In this document: positions 59,016 through 64,000 of the stretch, one piece after another
Numbering within the stretch: the first letter of the stretch is position 1
Layout: each line of letters starts with the position of its first letter
Source: the human T2T-CHM13v2.0 reference genome, Homo sapiens
Length of the DNA: 64,000 nucleotides
Direction: 5' to 3' (one strand)
NCBI RefSeq assembly: GCF_009914755.1
Contig: NC_060936.1
Program-made: the position numbers and the translations under genes
The notes under the pieces: model-generated
Told to the model about the DNA's origin: nothing
Seen by the model: only the letters and a program-made list of their open reading frames with translations
Database searches by the model: none

Positions 59016-62000
59016 ATCCTGTAGGTTTGTTATCAAGAAAATGCTGATGACTATAATTAGGATTATAAATTTAGTTGAGAGTGAGAGCTAGATTAGTAAA
59101 TAAAATTGTCTATAAACATTTGTAAATCAGTCATCCTCCTGGGTACGGTTTGTAAAAGAACCCAGTGCTTAAGTGAAGAGCAGGGACAGCTCCTGGCTCT
59201 GGATGGGGGAGAAGTCTTCCTTGTTTCATAGTCAAGGAAAGCTCCCAGCTGACCATCACCCTCTTCTCTTGGAAAACGCCACACCTACCTTCTTGCCATT
59301 CCTAGAGCGATTTTCCAGCCTGAGTGGTATGACTGCTTCCATTTCCTCGCCACTCTTGTTTGTCCCTGGCAGTTCACTTTGATTCTCAAAAGTCCATTAA
59401 AACCCCTTCCAGGTCCTCCGGGATCCCTGGCCATGTAAGCTCTGCCACCAACAGCAGCCTTTCTAGTACAAAGTCTCTAGAGCTTTCCACAGCCTCTGGC
59501 TTGGTCTCTCCCTCTCCAGGCTGGCCACAGGCCCCCAGGGACCTATCTGCCATCTCTTGGAAATATCTTTCTAAATTCCCCACTCCCCCTCCTGCCTTTC
59601 CACGACTTTGAGTTGCAATAGTTTGCCCAGTTCCCCTTTTCCTTGTAGTCTTTAAAGATAAGTCCACAGGTTTTTCATTTGTTTATAAGATTTACTCTCC
59701 ATCAGGAAATGAAAATAAACATAGGGAAGCTGATAAGTCACAGCTCCCCACCCCCAGCCGTTGTTCCGGGGAAGCCTCTCTAGCAAGGCTCAGATGTTTC
59801 CATCTTAAGGTTAAATCACACCAAACAATAGAAGCCCTTTGGTTTCACCTCAGTGGGCGGGATGTGCCTCCTTTCATGGATCTCCTGCCCCACACAGGAT
59901 TTCTCTGGACTCCTTAGAGTGTTTCTTCAAAACTAGTTCAATCTCGATCTAATTAGTCCCCAAAGAGATGCAAACCAAACGAGATGCGATTTTTGTTCTA
60001 TTAGGAGGGCACAAAAATAAAAAATAAAAATTAAGCCTGATAATAGCCTGTTTGGGCCAGCTTGCTGGGAAGCGGACTCATTTTTATACTGCTGGAGGGG
60101 TTCGGAATCAAGAATCTTAAATATGTGCATCCCCTTCAATCCAGTAATCCCACTTCTAGGAAAATATCCTGAGGAGATAATCAAGATGTGCAGTCAAGAA
60201 TTTATGAACAAAAGATACTCACTGCAGAGCCATAATTGAGAAGAACTGGAAAGGACTTAACATGCCTCCCAGGTGGGGCTTGGCTCTGCAAATCCTCATC
60301 TGACTCTATGATGGAATGGGATGCATCCGGTCATGCAGTCATCCGTGCGACAAATAGTTCTTCAGTACCTACTCTGCGTTAGGTAAACAATGCAGAGTAT
60401 TGTTAACTTGGCTGGGTAAACAGGTAAGTTCTCAGCCCCCCTGGAAAATCCATGATCTCCTAAAGTAAAGCAATTTAAAATTGTTCACATTATTTGTGTG
60501 TGAGTGTGAGGGGGCGCTTTATCACCCTCCACCTCTCATCCCCCCACCACAAGCAGTTGCCAAATTCAAATAATTTTTCCTTCAATGCCTCTCCCGTGTG
60601 ACCGCTCCTTTTCTTTCAAAAGTAAATCCTATGTCTGGGAGGTAACCCGATCACCGCGGAAAGAACGCCGACATGGAAATCTTAGGATTGGTTTCTCGTT
60701 CCAGGAAGTTGCGCTACTTTGGGCAAATCACGTCACCTCTGGGACTGTTTCTAATCAGAATAAAGAAAGGGCTGGACCAATCTTTCAGATCCTTTGAATC
60801 CAATCATTTTTGGCCTTATGACGGAACCGTCTGTAGATGAGGGCATCTGAATCCTAGTTAAAGGGAAGGGACGGTGAAGCCCTTGAAGATCTGGGGCATA
60901 TTTCCTGAACACCAAAACGGGAAAGGGCTGTCTAGAGTGAAAGTATAAGACAGACAGGCCCTGTTCCAGGAAGCTCCCTGCACTCTGCTCTTCTCCCCAA
61001 GCCGACCCCAAACTCACAGCCAGCTTTAGCAAGCAGGCCCGTCATCCTTCCAGGTGCTATGTAATATTAAGAAGCAGCAGCTAACAATTATTAGTGCTAC
61101 TAGGGGCAGGAGATTTGCAGTTCCCTCGCTTTCACACAAAAGTATGAGGTCTGTTTTATTATTCCCACTCTAAAGGCAAAATGGAAGCTCACGGAGATTA
61201 CAGAACTTATGGGAAGTGACAGGGCTATTTGCCACGTTTATACTGGCCAGTCTTCCTCTTTTTCTCAAAGGGTGGGGTGGGAGAGCAGCCTCCCGTGTTA
61301 TCACCCTCTCCTGCGGCAGAAGACAGAAGCATAGGTCATTTTGGTAGTACGGGTTTGTTGATTACCAACTGGGAGACAGAGGTGAGGTAAATCACAAGCA
61401 TGGATGTTAGCAGGGCTGCAGAAGTTTATAAATAAATGATCTTAGAATCTCCAGCAGCCCCATTCTTTCATTTGGTAACCGGCCTCCTCCCTGCCCTCAT
61501 CCCTGTAGCGCCCTTCCCCCATGAGGGTGAAGGGTCAGCTCTAAAAATGCAGTCAGGAAGGAACAATGAGAGTCCTCTCCCCGCCTGGGAGAAATGCAAT
61601 TTGCATCTCAGATGAGCTCAGATTGGTGAAGCCTCGTTTGGACTCTGATCCTTGCAGTAAGGATCTGCTCTGGGAATCTCCTGTGACCTGTTGAGGTTTG
61701 CTGCTCCAAAGGAATAAGGAGTCTTTGACATTAATGTCCATTTAACTCAGGGATCTAAAAAGGCAGGTTAGTGTTAGAGTTCTATAGGCACCCCAGAATT
61801 GTACCTAAGAGTGTGTGTGTGCGTGCATATGTGTGTTTTCCTGGGGATGGTGTAGCTTTCCTTAGATTGTCAAAGGAATTTATAGCTGCCCAAAGGTTAA
61901 AAACTTGTGTGACAAGTGAGTGTGATAAAGGAGGAACAGTGGTGCAGATCCTGTGGGAGGGGAGAATGACTTAACAAACCCAGAGGTGGGGGTGGGAGGG

Positions 62001-62112
62001 AAAGAATTCAGGTGAGACTGCACTCAGAGGTAGGATTCCTTTTTCTTTTTTGTAGGTAACATTTTTTGTTTTCTTACTGTGTGCCAGGCATTGTTCTAAA
62101 CTAAATATACAA

Positions 62113-63865
<1,753 letters not shown>

Positions 63866-64000
63866 ATTTGCCCTTTTTTTGTTGTTGGGCTGTTTATCTT
63901 ATTATTGCATTTTGAGGGTTCATTATATACTCTGGATACAAGCCCTTTGCCAGATATGTGTGTTGCTAATATTCTCTACCAGTCTGTGGCTTATCTTTGC

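Overview
Primate (most likely human) genomic DNA, very Alu-rich, with no intact protein-coding exon. A ~2.9 kb CpG island (~14200-17100) holds the promoter and non-coding first exon(s) of a minus-strand gene that I recognise from its 5'UTR as SINHCAF/FAM60A (recall, not a search). Bases 1-16553 are therefore its first intron and 17100-64000 are upstream sequence. The most informative structure is a nest at 1-6022. A decayed class I ERV (gag MA/CA/NC and pro readable on the minus strand) is split by a complete, TSD-flanked retrocopy of SLC25A13 (citrin). That retrocopy is not the normal mRNA. It records an isoform made of 5'UTR + exons 1-3, an 82-nt L1-derived poison exon, exon 4, and an L1-derived alternative last exon ending ATTAAA-poly(A). 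Other features are a U6 pseudogene interrupted by an Alu, THE1/MLT1/MLT2/MER39-like LTRs, a 112-bp tandem duplication, an Alu-Alu recombination duplication, and a predicted spliced minus-strand lncRNA ending in an MLT1 LTR (~54000-59700). Repeat subfamily calls and gene names come from pattern recall and need RepeatMasker/BLAT confirmation. Repeat boundaries are approximate.
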